Of a stretch of DNA of 64,000 nucleotides, positions 7,506 to 17,400 are shown piece by piece. Source of the DNA: an uncultured Chloroflexia bacterium (GTDB taxonomy: Bacteria; Chloroflexota; Limnocylindria; Limnocylindrales; CSP1-4); the NCBI GenBank assembly GCA_963819655.1, contig CAWFXA010000003.1, forward strand, positions 544,001 through 608,000. Reading direction: 5' to 3'. The position numbers and the translations under genes are program-made. Each line of letters opens with the position of its first letter. Position 1 is the stretch's first letter. A model generated the notes under the pieces. The model saw nothing but the letters and a program-made list of their open reading frames with translations. It was not told the DNA's origin and ran no database searches.

Positions 7506-9641
7506 GTGGCATCGCCCCCGCCCTCGGACGCCCGCTCATCGTTCCGACCCGACATCGAAGGCCTGCGCGCCGTCGCCGTCCTGCTGGTCCTCGCGTATCA
7601 CGCGCGCGTGCCCGGCCTGACCGGCGGCTACATCGGCGTCGACGTCTTCTACGTCGTGTCGGGCTTCCTCATCACCGGGCTGATCGTCCGCGAGCTCCAG
7701 GCGACCGGCCGGCTCGACCTGCCGGCCTTCTATGCGCGACGCGCGCGCCGCTTGCTGCCCGCGGCCCTCGTCGTGATCGCCGTGACGGTCCTTGCGTCGG
7801 CAGTCATCCTGCCGCCGCTGCGCATGGTCGACGTCGCCGGCGATGGCGCGGCCGCCGCCCTGTACGTGAGCAACATCCGGTTCGCGGCGCAGGCGACCGA
7901 CTACCTCCAGGCCGAGCTCGACCCGTCGCCGCTGCTGCATTTCTGGTCGCTCGGGGTCGAGGAGCAGTTCTACCTGTTCTGGCCGGCCCTCCTGTTCGCG
8001 GTCGCCGGCCGCCGGACGAGCGTGCGGCGGATCGGGATCGCGATCGCCGTCGTGGCCGCAGTGTCGCTGGTGCTGTCGATCGTGTGGACGTCGACCGACG
8101 CGCCCTTGGCGTTCTTCCTCCTGCCGGCCCGTGCCTGGGAGCTGGCTGTCGGGGCCGGGTTGGCGCTCGCCGCGACCCGGATCGCGCGGATCCCGGCGTT
8201 GGCCGCCACGGCGGCGGTCGTGGTCGGCCTGGCCCTCATCGGCATCGGCGCGGTGATCTTCGACCTTGCGACACCGTTCCCGGGGACCGCGGCCCTGGTC
8301 CCGGTGGCCGGCGCCGCCCTGGTGATCGCAGGCGGTCTGCGCCAGCCGCTCGGGCCGATCTCGCGGCTCGTGGCGATCCCACCGATGCGCTGGATCGGCG
8401 GCATCTCCTATTCGCTGTACCTGTGGCACTGGCCGTTGCTCGTGCTTCCGGCGGCGGCCGTTGGGGCGCCGTTGCCCGGCCCGGTCCGGCTCGCGCTCGT
8501 CGGGCTCACGTTCGTCCTCGCCGAAGCCAGCCGCCGCTGGGTCGAGGACCCGATCCGGCACGGGCAGATCTCGAAACTCAGGCCGTCGCGCTCGCTCGCC
8601 GCGGCCGGTGCGATCAGCCTGGTGGTCGCGGGCGTCTCGCTCGGGGCGGGTCGCCTCGCTGCTCCGCCGCAGCTCGCCGCCGCCACCGGCGGGCCCGTCG
8701 AGCTCGACCTGCCGACGCCGCTCCCTGGCCCGACTGACGCCCCGCGGGTCACGCCATCCGCGGGTGCGACACAGACCCCGAGTGCGACACCGACGCCTGT
8801 GATCGATCCCACCCGTGCCCCGACCGCTGGCGGCCCCGTCCCGGGCGACCTCGTGCCGTCGCTGGCCGCCGTGCGTGACGACATCCCGGTCATCTATGCC
8901 GACGCCTGTCACGCCGAGTCGCGCGAGACGCAGCCGCCGGCCTGCGTGTACGGCGAGGCCGGTTCGTCGACGTCCGTGTACCTCATCGGCGACTCGCACG
9001 CCGCGCACTGGTTCCCCACGTTCGAGCGGCTGGCGAGCGAACGTGGCTGGCGGCTCGTCTCGCTCACGAAATCCGCCTGCCCGGTGGCCGACCTGCGCGT
9101 CTACAACGCGAGCCTCAAGCGCGAGTATGTCGAATGCACCGATTGGCGCGCGGCTGTCCTGCAGCGCATCGCCGACGAACGCCCTGCGCTCGTGGTGATC
9201 TCGGACAGTCGGGCGGGCAAGCTGTGGAATGATGGCACGCCGGTCGACACGACCGACCGGGAGGACCTGTGGGCGGCCGGTCTCGGCCGCGCGATCCGCG
9301 CGATCGACGAGGTCGCCGATCATGTGCTCGTCCTCGGCGACACGCCGAATCCCCTCGGCGATCCGCCGGTGTGCCTGTCGGACCACCTCGATGACGCCCT
9401 CGCCTGCGCGACCCCGACCTCGAAGGCCCTTGCGCCGCGACGGACTGCCACGGAGCGCGAGGTCAGCGCCGCGAGCGGCGCGACGTTCGTCGATCCGAGC
9501 CCGTGGCTGTGCCCGACCGAGCCGTGCCCGGCGATCATCGGGCGCGTGCTGGTGTACCGCGACGGCCACCACATGACGACGCCGTTCGCGTCGGCTCTCG
9601 CCCCATACCTCGAGCCGTTGCTGCCGGCCCTGCCGGGCTGA
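7506..9641 (+). CDS. Acyltransferase family 3 with C-terminal SGNH domain (OatA/OafA-like O-acetyltransferase)
   Basis: FRPDIEGLRAVAV, GVDVFYVVSGFLIT, HFWSLGVEEQFY, ISYSLYLWHWP, Pro/Thr linker, GDSHA and DGHH catalytic motifs. Confidence 0.93.
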   Translation: MASPPPSDARSSFRPDIEGLRAVAVLLVLAYHARVPGLTGGYIGVDVFYVVSGFLITGLIVRELQATGRLDLPAFYARRARRLLPAALVVIAVTVLASAVILPPLRMVDVAGDGAAAALYVSNIRFAAQATDYLQAELDPSPLLHFWSLGVEEQFYLFWPALLFAVAGRRTSVRRIGIAIAVVAAVSLVLSIVWTSTDAPLAFFLLPARAWELAVGAGLALAATRIARIPALAATAAVVVGLALIGIGAVIFDLATPFPGTAALVPVAGAALVIAGGLRQPLGPISRLVAIPPMRWIGGISYSLYLWHWPLLVLPAAAVGAPLPGPVRLALVGLTFVLAEASRRWVEDPIRHGQISKLRPSRSLAAAGAISLVVAGVSLGAGRLAAPPQLAAATGGPVELDLPTPLPGPTDAPRVTPSAGATQTPSATPTPVIDPTRAPTAGGPVPGDLVPSLAAVRDDIPVIYADACHAESRETQPPACVYGEAGSSTSVYLIGDSHAAHWFPTFERLASERGWRLVSLTKSACPVADLRVYNASLKREYVECTDWRAAVLQRIADERPALVVISDSRAGKLWNDGTPVDTTDREDLWAAGLGRAIRAIDEVADHVLVLGDTPNPLGDPPVCLSDHLDDALACATPTSKALAPRRTATEREVSAASGATFVDPSPWLCPTEPCPAIIGRVLVYRDGHHMTTPFASALAPYLEPLLPALPG

Positions 9642-9666
9642 CCGACCGGCGTGGCATCATCGCCCG

Positions 9667-10632
9667 ATGCGTGATGCCCTCGTCGCCGTCTCGGAGCTGA
9701 CGCCTGAAGCCATCCTCACGGCATCGGCCGCGATCGATCCGGTGTTCAGGGATTCGCCCCAGTTCGTCCACGACGGGTTGTCCGCGCAGCTCGGTGTGCC
9801 GGTCGTGGTCAAGGTCGAGACCGTCAACCCGATCCGCTCGTTCAAGGGTCGCGGTACGTGGGTCGCCGTGCACGGCCTGGTAGGGGAGGGGAGGATCGGA
9901 CCGGACCGGCCGATCGTGGTGGCGTCGGCCGGCAACTTCGGGCAGGGCGTCGCCTACGCCGCTCGCGCCATCGACGTCCCCGCGGTCGTGTTCACGTCGC
10001 GCAACGCCAATCGGGCCAAGATCGCGCGGATGCGCGCGCTGGGCGCGACGGTGTTCGAGTCGGGGGAGGACTTCGACGACGCCCGGACGGCCTCGGAGGC
10101 GTATGCCGCCGAGCATCGGGCCGAAATACTGGTCGACGGCGACGACCCACGCATCTCGACCGGGGCCGCCACGCTGGCGCTCGAGCTCACCGACGCCATC
10201 GAGACCGGCGTCCTGCCGGGGCTGACGATCGCATCGGTGCCTGTCGGGAACGGCGCCCTGATCAACGGGGTCGGCTCGTGGCTCCGGCACGCATCGCCGG
10301 CGACCCGCATCGTCGGAGTCCAGGCGGAGGTGGCCGACGCTATGACCCGCTCGTTCGCGGCAGGCCGGCCGATCGACACGGCGTCCGCCGCCACCTACGC
10401 CGACGGCATCGCGTCGCGCATCGCGGTGCCGCGCGCGGTCGAGCTCATGGCGGGGCGGGTCGATGCCATGCTGACCGTCAGCGAGGACGCCTTGCGTGGG
10501 GCACAGGCCGAACTGACCGACGCGCTCGGCATAACGATCGAGGGTGCGGCCGCGGCGTCGTGGGCCGGCCTATTGGCCGGCCCGCCACCGGATGGTCCGG
10601 CGCTCATCATCATCACCGGCAGCAACGTCTGA
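9667..10632 (+). CDS. PLP-dependent threonine/serine dehydratase-like enzyme
   Basis: KVETVNPIRSFKGRG (PLP lysine), ASAGNFGQG, VPVGNGAL, TGSNV. Confidence 0.9.
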   Translation: MRDALVAVSELTPEAILTASAAIDPVFRDSPQFVHDGLSAQLGVPVVVKVETVNPIRSFKGRGTWVAVHGLVGEGRIGPDRPIVVASAGNFGQGVAYAARAIDVPAVVFTSRNANRAKIARMRALGATVFESGEDFDDARTASEAYAAEHRAEILVDGDDPRISTGAATLALELTDAIETGVLPGLTIASVPVGNGALINGVGSWLRHASPATRIVGVQAEVADAMTRSFAAGRPIDTASAATYADGIASRIAVPRAVELMAGRVDAMLTVSEDALRGAQAELTDALGITIEGAAAASWAGLLAGPPPDGPALIIITGSNV

Positions 10633-10661
10633 CCGGGGGAGCGGAGGAGGGGAGCCGGCCC

Positions 10662-11480
10662 GTGGCCGCGACACGGACGCTGCCCTTCGAGCTTAGGGAC
10701 TTCTTGCGCTCGATCGTGCCGATCGCGCTGCTGTCAGTGGCTGCGGCGGCACCGGCGTGGCGCCTATCGATGGTCCTCGTGCTCGCCGTCGGGACCGCCA
10801 TCGCGATCAGACGCGAGTCACCCGTGCGCTGGACGTGGGCGGGCACGGTGCCCGTGGCGGTCAGCCTGTTGTGGGGCACGCTCGCGGCGCCCGTCGTGGC
10901 GGCCGGGCTCGGGAACTGCGAGAACCCGGCGTCGCCTGTCGCCACCTGGCGTGCGCTCGAGGCGGTCGTGGTGCTCGTCGCGCTGGCGATCGTGGCGCTC
11001 GCGCTCCGGGCGGTGCCGGCGTCGCTCTACCTGCGCTGGCCCGCGCGGGCCTGGATCCGGTGGGCCGTCGTCGGCTTCCTGGTCGCGGGTCCGGTCGCGT
11101 TGATCGTCGGGCCGTACTTGGCGCGCCCGTTCTTCGGCGACGTCTCGTACGTGATCCTTGCCGGTGCGTTCGTGCCTGCGCTGATCTTCGCGGTCTCGAA
11201 CGGCGCGATGGAGGAGCTGATCTATCGCGGCGCGCTGATGAGCTGGTCGGGCCGGGTGGTGGGCGTCTGGCCGGCGCTCGTGGGGCAGGCGGTGGTGTTC
11301 GGGCTCGCCCACTCGGGCAGCGACGTGATCGGCCTCCAGGTGCCGCTGATGCTAGCGATGGGCCTCGGCGGGCTGCTGGCCGGTCTCGTCACGATCCGGA
11401 CGCGCTCATTGCTCATCCCGATCGCCGTCCACATCGGGCTCGATATCCCGATCTACTTCGCGTTGGCCTGCCGCCCGTAA
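10662..11480 (+). CDS. CPBP (CAAX/Abi) family intramembrane metalloprotease
   Basis: EELIYRG, FGLAH and AVH motifs with several TM segments; GTG after a GGAGG RBS. Confidence 0.88.
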   Translation: MAATRTLPFELRDFLRSIVPIALLSVAAAAPAWRLSMVLVLAVGTAIAIRRESPVRWTWAGTVPVAVSLLWGTLAAPVVAAGLGNCENPASPVATWRALEAVVVLVALAIVALALRAVPASLYLRWPARAWIRWAVVGFLVAGPVALIVGPYLARPFFGDVSYVILAGAFVPALIFAVSNGAMEELIYRGALMSWSGRVVGVWPALVGQAVVFGLAHSGSDVIGLQVPLMLAMGLGGLLAGLVTIRTRSLLIPIAVHIGLDIPIYFALACRP

Positions 11481-11535
11481 CCGGCCGTTGACCGGCGGCG
11501 GGCGTGTCGCGTGAGCCCGTGACATCATCGCGGCC

Positions 11536-13356
11536 ATGACCCAGCAGTTCGCCCGGATCCCGTCGGACGCCGGGGCCGTGGTCCGCGAAGTCCGCGGCTT
11601 CGGCGGCGTTCCGTGGGCCCGGCTGTTCAGCTACTTGCGGCCCCATTGGCGGCCATTCGCGCTCGCCCTCGTCGGCCTCGTCATCTCGTCGGCCGTCGGG
11701 CTGGCCTTCCCGCTGATCATCGCCGGGATCACGACCGAGGTCGTCGCCGGCGGCGATGCGGCCGGGCTCGATCGCCTGATCGTCGCCCTGATCGGGCTGT
11801 TCCTCGTGCAGGCCGCCGGAGGTTTCCTGCAGACGTACCTGCTCGGGGTGGTCGGTGAGCGGGTCGTCGCCCAGATCCGGGGCCAACTCTTCGGGCGACT
11901 CATCACGCTGTCTCTCGACTTCCACGCGAGCCATCGCGTCGGCGAGCTCATCTCGCGCCTGTCGAACGACGTGACGCTCGTGCGCACGATGCTCACCCAG
12001 ACCGTCACGAGCCTGCTGTCGTCGCTGATCGGGCTCGTCGGCTCCGTGATCATCCTGTTCACGCTGAGCCCGACGCTGCTGCTCGTCATCCTGCTGCTGG
12101 CGCCGGCCCTGATCGTCGTGGCGGTCGTGTTCGGCCGCCCGCTCCAGCGCATCAGCACCCAGGTCCAGGACACGATCGCGCGCAGCACCACGACCGCCGA
12201 GGAGGCGTTGTCCGGCATCCGGGTCGTGAAGAGCTACGTCCGCGAGGATTGGGAGCTGGGCCGCTACGACGACGACCTGCGCACGGTGGTGGCGACCGGC
12301 TCCCGCCTGGCGCTGTGGCGGGCGGCATTCGGGATGCTGATGGGGTTCCTGGGCTTCGGGGCGATCGCCGGGCTGCTCTGGTACACCGGCCACCAGGTCA
12401 TCGCTGGGACGCTCGGGATCGGCACGCTGACCGGGTTCCTGCTGTACGGCGTGGCCATCGGGGCGAGCCTCGGGTCGCTCGCGAGCCTGTACGGCCAGTT
12501 CCGCGAGGGGACCGGCGCCATCGAGCGCGTGTTCGAGATCATCGACACGCGTCCGACGATCCTCGATGCGCCCGACGCCCGACCGCTGGGGCGGGTCGCC
12601 GGCGAGATCGAGCTCGACGACGCGTCGTTCGCCTACCTGCCCGGCCGACCTGTGCTGCGCGACATCTCGTTGACCGTGCCGGCGGGGGAGACCCTCGCGT
12701 TGGTCGGGCCGTCTGGCTCCGGGAAGACGACGCTGGTGGGCCTGATCCCGCGCCTGTGGGAGGTGTCATCCGGCACGATCCGGGTGGACGGGGTCGACAT
12801 CCGCGACGTCACGGTGGCCAGCCTGCGCGCGCAGATCGGGCTCGTCGCGCAGGAAGCGACGCTGTTCGGCGGCACGGTGCGGGAGAACATCCTGTACGGG
12901 CGGCTGGATGCGACCGAGGCCGAGATGGTCGACGCGGCGGTCGCGGCCAACGCACACGACTTCATCAGTGTGCTCCCCGCCGGCTACGACACCGTCGTCG
13001 GCGACCGCGGCATGCGGCTGTCTGGCGGGCAGCGCCAGCGGGTGGCGATCGCCCGCGCGATCCTCAAGGACCCGCCGATCCTGTTGCTCGACGAGGCCAC
13101 GAGCTCGCTCGACAACGAGTCCGAGCGGCTGGTCCAGGACGCGCTCGATCGGCTGAAGGTGGGCCGCACGACGATCATCGTGGCCCATCGACTCTCGACG
13201 ATCCGCGCGGCGGATCGGATCGCGGTGCTCGACGACGGCTGGCTGGTCGAGCTCGGGACCCAGGACGAGCTGCTGGCGCGCGACGGGCTGTACGCGCGGC
13301 TGCACCGCACGCAGTTCGCGCGACCTGAGGACGTGCTCGAGCCGGTCGAGGTCTGA
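11536..13356 (+). CDS. ABC exporter, fused permease/ATPase (MsbA-like)
   Basis: Six-TM region, GPSGSGKT, LSGGQRQR, LLLDEATSSLD, AHRLST. Confidence 0.95.
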   Translation: MTQQFARIPSDAGAVVREVRGFGGVPWARLFSYLRPHWRPFALALVGLVISSAVGLAFPLIIAGITTEVVAGGDAAGLDRLIVALIGLFLVQAAGGFLQTYLLGVVGERVVAQIRGQLFGRLITLSLDFHASHRVGELISRLSNDVTLVRTMLTQTVTSLLSSLIGLVGSVIILFTLSPTLLLVILLLAPALIVVAVVFGRPLQRISTQVQDTIARSTTTAEEALSGIRVVKSYVREDWELGRYDDDLRTVVATGSRLALWRAAFGMLMGFLGFGAIAGLLWYTGHQVIAGTLGIGTLTGFLLYGVAIGASLGSLASLYGQFREGTGAIERVFEIIDTRPTILDAPDARPLGRVAGEIELDDASFAYLPGRPVLRDISLTVPAGETLALVGPSGSGKTTLVGLIPRLWEVSSGTIRVDGVDIRDVTVASLRAQIGLVAQEATLFGGTVRENILYGRLDATEAEMVDAAVAANAHDFISVLPAGYDTVVGDRGMRLSGGQRQRVAIARAILKDPPILLLDEATSSLDNESERLVQDALDRLKVGRTTIIVAHRLSTIRAADRIAVLDDGWLVELGTQDELLARDGLYARLHRTQFARPEDVLEPVEV

Positions 13357-13772
13357 TGCCGTTCGATCTCGAGCGCTTCGTCGACGCTCAGGAGGGCGTG
13401 TACGCGGGTGCGCTGGGCGAGCTCCGCGCGGGCCACAAGACCGGCCACTGGATCTGGTTCATCTTCCCGCAGCTCGGCGGCCTGGGGCGGAGCGAGACGT
13501 CCCGGTTCTACGGGATCGCGTCAGCCGACGAGGCCCGCGCCTACCTCGAGCATCCGGTCCTGGGCGCTCGGTTGCGGGAATGCGTCCGCGCCGTCCTGGC
13601 GACGTCGAGCGGGTCGGCCGACCAGATCTTCGGATCGCTCGACGCCATGAAGGTCCGCTCGTCGATGACGCTGTTCCACCGCGCCGCGCCCGACGTGCCC
13701 CTGTTCACGGAGATGCTCGAGCGGTTCTACGGCGGGACACCGGACCAGGCCACCGACGCGTTGCTCGGATGA
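13356..13772 (+). CDS. DUF1810 family protein
   Basis: FDLERFVDAQ...ELRAGHKTGHWIWFIFPQL...EARAYLEHPVLGARL...KVRSSMTLF. Confidence 0.9.
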   Translation: MPFDLERFVDAQEGVYAGALGELRAGHKTGHWIWFIFPQLGGLGRSETSRFYGIASADEARAYLEHPVLGARLRECVRAVLATSSGSADQIFGSLDAMKVRSSMTLFHRAAPDVPLFTEMLERFYGGTPDQATDALLG

Positions 13773-13811
13773 CCGCCTTGCTCGCGACGGACGTATGGTA
13801 GCATGTATGGC

Positions 13812-14033
13812 ATGGAGAAGACGACCGTCTACCTGACCGACGCGCAAAAGCGCGCCCTCGAACGCGCAGCGAAGGCGGCCGGGCGCAGCGAGGCTGAGCT
13901 GATCCGTGAGGGAGTCGAGCTCGTCACCGCTCGACACCAGGCAGCCGAGCTGGTCTTGCCGTTGTTCTCCAGCGAGCAACCCGAGCTCGCGGAACACGTC
14001 GACGAAGCGCTGCGCGGCTTCGGCGAGCGGTGA
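13812..14033 (+). CDS. vapB: CopG/ribbon-helix-helix antitoxin (VapB-like)
   Basis: MEKTTVYL...SEAELIREGV RHH pattern; 4-nt overlap with the PIN gene; alternative start 13803. Confidence 0.85.
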   Translation: MEKTTVYLTDAQKRALERAAKAAGRSEAELIREGVELVTARHQAAELVLPLFSSEQPELAEHVDEALRGFGER

Positions 14034-14449
14034 TCGTCCTCGACACGAGCGGGCTGCTCGCGGCCATCGACGGAAGCCAGCGGCAGCACGGGGCGGCGGT
14101 TGACGTCCTTCGGCGCTCGGCCGAGCCGCTCCTGTTGTCGCCGTTCGTGCTCGCGGAGCTGGACTATCTGATCGGAAGCCGCGTGTCGGCGACGGCAGCG
14201 AGCGCGCTCCTCGATCAGGTGGCGGCCGGTGTCTACCGGCTCGAACCGATGGCTGCCGACGACGTTGCCGCCGCGAAGACGATCATCGACCGCTACCGGG
14301 ACCTGGAGCTCGGCCTCGCGGACGCGTCATTGGTCGTCCTTGCGGAACGCCACGACACGTTGGACATCCTGACGCTCGATGAGCGGCATTTCCGGGCTGT
14401 GGCGGGACCACGTGGTCGACCGTTTCGAATTCTGCCTGCCGATGCATAG
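14030..14449 (+). CDS. vapC: PIN-domain toxin (VapC)
   Basis: IVLDTS, LAELDY, LGLADASL, ILTLDERHF. Confidence 0.92.
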   Translation: MIVLDTSGLLAAIDGSQRQHGAAVDVLRRSAEPLLLSPFVLAELDYLIGSRVSATAASALLDQVAAGVYRLEPMAADDVAAAKTIIDRYRDLELGLADASLVVLAERHDTLDILTLDERHFRAVAGPRGRPFRILPADA

Positions 14450-14554
14450 CCGAGCGCGTTCGTCCTTCGCGAGTGGTCTTGGTCGCTTCCGATAAGGTGA
14501 GTTATGTCTGGAGCAGCTGCGACATGCTGAGGCGAGGCCGAGACCCCATTCTGA

Positions 14555-16060
14555 TCAGGTAGGAAGGGTCGGCGCCTCACGCATGAGTGTCGCCACGACC
14601 TTGGAGACTGTCCGCCCCTGGGCCGCGGCAAGCCGCTTTTGGACCTGGGCCAGGCCGCGTTTGACTTCAGGGTCCTCAATGCGCCGGGACACGCGTCGGA
14701 CGAAGCTCTTCGCGCGGGCGACGTCGTCGGCGGTCAGCTTGCTGGAGTCGCCATCGATCAGCTCGGTTGCTCGCCCGAGGAGCTCGGCCGCCTCCCGCTG
14801 CAGATCCTCCTCCTCGAGGACGGCGGCGAGGACCGGTCGCTGGACGCGGTCGAAGAGCTCGATCCAGCCCTGGCCGGCATCGGTTGTCGCGAGCGTCGTG
14901 TCCCGCAGCGATCGGATCGTCTGGACATCTCGAACGTTGTCAAAGAGCGACACGCCGATGAACTCGATAGCGCAGACCGTCTGCTCGATGAGGGCCAGGA
15001 TGGCCGCCTTCGTGTCCTTCTTGGTGTCGGCCAGCCGGGGTTCAGTCGAAGGGTGGAAGTCCTCCTGGTCGTTGCCTGTTTTCTGACCACACTCGAAGGC
15101 GAAGGCATAGGTCTTGTGGAGTGCCGGGTCCCGCATATGCTGGCTGTAGACGTAGTCGGAGCTCGTCCCCGAGGCGCCCGTCGGGTAGATCGAGTTGATG
15201 GGATTCGGCGTGTAGTTTCGTCCTCGGACCATCCGGACCGAGTTGACGACCCTCTGGGCGACCGTCTGGTAGCGCCGCAGATCCGCCGACGGGATGTACT
15301 CCTTGTACGTCGGCGGGTTCAACCAGGCGCAGCTTCCGGAGGCGAGGGTCTTGAAGTTCTGGGCCGGGTCCGTGGTCTGGAGGGGCGCGTGGCCCCACGG
15401 ATACATGATCCACTCCTTGAAAGAGTGCACGTCCACGAAGACGTTGATGTTGAACGTCTCCACCAAGGTCCGGACGTTGCGAGCTTCCGGCTCGGAGAAG
15501 GCGCGAGGGCCGCAGTAAACCTGATTCGGATCACAGACGGTGCACGACGTCGCCGATGTGGTGGTGGCCCAGGCGATGTCGAAGTTTCGGTTCACGTCGA
15601 CGCCGAAGCACGGCGAGTTGTCGTTGTCGTGGCGGTTCATGCGCCACATGTCGTCGTGATCCATCGCGTAATCCCGGCCATCGGGATTGGCGGTCGGGAT
15701 GAACCAGATGTCGAGCGTCTCGACCATCAGCCTGACGTCCTGGGCCGTCCAGGTGCGGCCCTGGGTGCCGGTCGAGCCCTTGTAAGTGATGCCGTGGCCG
15801 AGCAGGTACGCCCGCACGAGGTCGCCGGCGAGCTCGATGATCGCGTCGGGGTTCATGTACTCCCGGGCATGCATCCCGCCGACCGCGAGGAAGGCCCGCC
15901 GACCCGAGCCGCCGCCGGATGCGATCTTGAGCGCGTAGACCGAGCGACCCCCTTCTGTTCCATGGGGCAGTTCCCGTCGCTCGCACAGGAACGGGAAGTG
16001 GTTCGCCAGGTGCAGCATGATCGCGTCAATCTGATCGGCCGTCCGGTAGACCGCCGTCAT
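14555..16060 (-). CDS. M14 zinc carboxypeptidase with a helical C-terminal extension
   Basis: HARE (HxxE), NPDG, WRMNR, GVDVNRNF, FSEPE, DVHS, terminal FE catalytic Glu. Confidence 0.9.
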   Translation of the reverse strand: MTAVYRTADQIDAIMLHLANHFPFLCERRELPHGTEGGRSVYALKIASGGGSGRRAFLAVGGMHAREYMNPDAIIELAGDLVRAYLLGHGITYKGSTGTQGRTWTAQDVRLMVETLDIWFIPTANPDGRDYAMDHDDMWRMNRHDNDNSPCFGVDVNRNFDIAWATTTSATSCTVCDPNQVYCGPRAFSEPEARNVRTLVETFNINVFVDVHSFKEWIMYPWGHAPLQTTDPAQNFKTLASGSCAWLNPPTYKEYIPSADLRRYQTVAQRVVNSVRMVRGRNYTPNPINSIYPTGASGTSSDYVYSQHMRDPALHKTYAFAFECGQKTGNDQEDFHPSTEPRLADTKKDTKAAILALIEQTVCAIEFIGVSLFDNVRDVQTIRSLRDTTLATTDAGQGWIELFDRVQRPVLAAVLEEEDLQREAAELLGRATELIDGDSSKLTADDVARAKSFVRRVSRRIEDPEVKRGLAQVQKRLAAAQGRTVSKVVATLMREAPTLPT

Positions 16061-16416
16061 CGCGGCTTCGTCCTGCGGGAGGCGTTCGTCGGCGGCTCCT
16101 GAGGAAGGTCACCAAACGTTTCCTCGAGCCACCGCTCGACGGACGCATCCGTGGCGATCAGTTCACGCGGGGACCCTTGGATGGGGTGATGTCGACGGAT
16201 GCGGACCTCGTAGCCTCGGTCGACGAGCTCGACGATCCCCTCGGCGGTGATCAGCACCCTCAGGCGGCCATATCGATCGGGCATGCGGTCCAGCGGCTCC
16301 CCGTCGAGCTCGTGGAGGCTGTTGCGACCGAGGCCTGGGTGGATCGTGGCGTCGAACCGTCCGGGACTCGGAAGCGGCCGGGACTCCTGCTTCGGAGGGC
16401 GTGAGCGCTCTGCCAT
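16057..16416 (-). CDS. Small protein, possibly a separately encoded M14 prodomain
   Basis: ATGA overlap with the peptidase; LRVLITAEGIVELVDRGYEVRI resembles activation-peptide beta-alpha-beta segments (inference). Confidence 0.65.
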   Translation of the reverse strand: MAERSRPPKQESRPLPSPGRFDATIHPGLGRNSLHELDGEPLDRMPDRYGRLRVLITAEGIVELVDRGYEVRIRRHHPIQGSPRELIATDASVERWLEETFGDLPQEPPTNASRRTKPR

Positions 16417-16482
16417 GTCGAGACTCTATGCCCCGGGCGTCTGGTATGCGTCTCGTCATTGCCGATAGGCAGGACGCTCGGG

Positions 16483-16593
16483 CGATGGCTTTGCCGGGTT
16501 GCCGTTGACGCGGACATGCTTGCCTTCGCACAGCTGCGTGGCCATGGGCCGGGTCTTGACGAGGCGCACAGTGCACAACCAGCGATCAATTCG
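16483..16593 (-). pseudogene. Partial diverged copy of the neighbouring S4-domain gene
   Basis: About 111 bp matching 17111-17221 with about 11 substitutions; encodes RIDRWLCTVRLVKTRPMATQLCEGKHVRVNGNPAKPS. Confidence 0.85.
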
Positions 16594-16867
16594 GAAGGCG
16601 ACGAACCGACCTGACAATCGATCCACGCCCATCCCGAACGCGGCGATGGCCGACGGGACGAGATGTACAGACGAATCGACGCGGGGCAGTTCGATGCGAC
16701 GAAGGTCGTCAGCGACGCCCTCGCCGGGTTGACGATCTCCGGAAGCGGATCGCCGACATCCCGACCTGGCCATGGCGGCCGCAGGTCCTGAGCGGCTTCC
16801 TCTCGGCGCTGCTTCTGCCCGTCGCCATCTTCCTGATCACTCGCGCGCTCGCGAGCCACCTCGGCCC

Positions 16868-17236
16868 TTAGCCTCCGGCCCGCCGCATCCGTTCGAGCTC
16901 GCGGCGAAGACGCTTGCTCGGCCGGCCCGCCCCACGGATCGCCTTGATGCCGGGCGCGATCTCTCGGGTGACCGGCGGTGGGCTGTTGTCGACGTAGCAC
17001 GTGGCGGCGACCGGCGCGCCGACGCGCGTTTCGATCGGCCGTACGACCTCGACGATCCGCTCACGTTCGGCGATCAGCGCATGCACCACGTCGCCGGCAC
17101 GAACCTTCGTCGACGGCTTTGCCGGGTTGCCGTTGACGTGGACGTGCCCGCCTTCACATAGCTGGGTCGCCATGGGCCGGGTCTTGACGAGGCGCACCGC
17201 GCACAACCAGCGATCAATTCGCGTCTCTTCGGGCAT
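16868..17236 (-). CDS. S4-domain RNA-binding protein (Hsp15/HslR-like)
   Basis: RIDRWLCAVRLVKTRPMA...VNGNPAKPSTKVRAGD, C-terminal GAGRPSKRLRR. Confidence 0.92.
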   Translation of the reverse strand: MPEETRIDRWLCAVRLVKTRPMATQLCEGGHVHVNGNPAKPSTKVRAGDVVHALIAERERIVEVVRPIETRVGAPVAATCYVDNSPPPVTREIAPGIKAIRGAGRPSKRLRRELERMRRAGG

Positions 17237-17257
17237 CGTTCGCTCCCACGCATCCTC

Positions 17258-17291
17258 CGTCGTGTCGGGGCGATGATGGCCCCTTCGGCCG
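17258..17291. repeat. 34-bp direct repeat, copy 1 (promoter region of the S4 gene)
   Basis: CGTCGTGTCGGGGCGATGATGGCCCCTTCGGCCG; 31/34 identical to 18468-18501. Confidence 0.8.
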
Positions 17292-17400
17292 GCGTGGACA
17301 TACGTCGGCGATCCGAAACTGGTTCTCGGCTCGAGGCCTGACGCCTCCCCGCGCTCCTCGACCGCCGGCGCGGACGATTCGACGACTTCCCTCCCCCTTG

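Noticed and set aside
7186-7555. Minus-strand ORFs 7186-7539 and 7325-7555
   Set aside because: No recognisable motif or RBS; the repeat structure is explained by non-coding elements
16483-17221. Diversity-generating retroelement TR/VR pair
   Set aside because: Substitutions are not adenine-specific, are mostly synonymous, and there is no reverse transcriptase in the window
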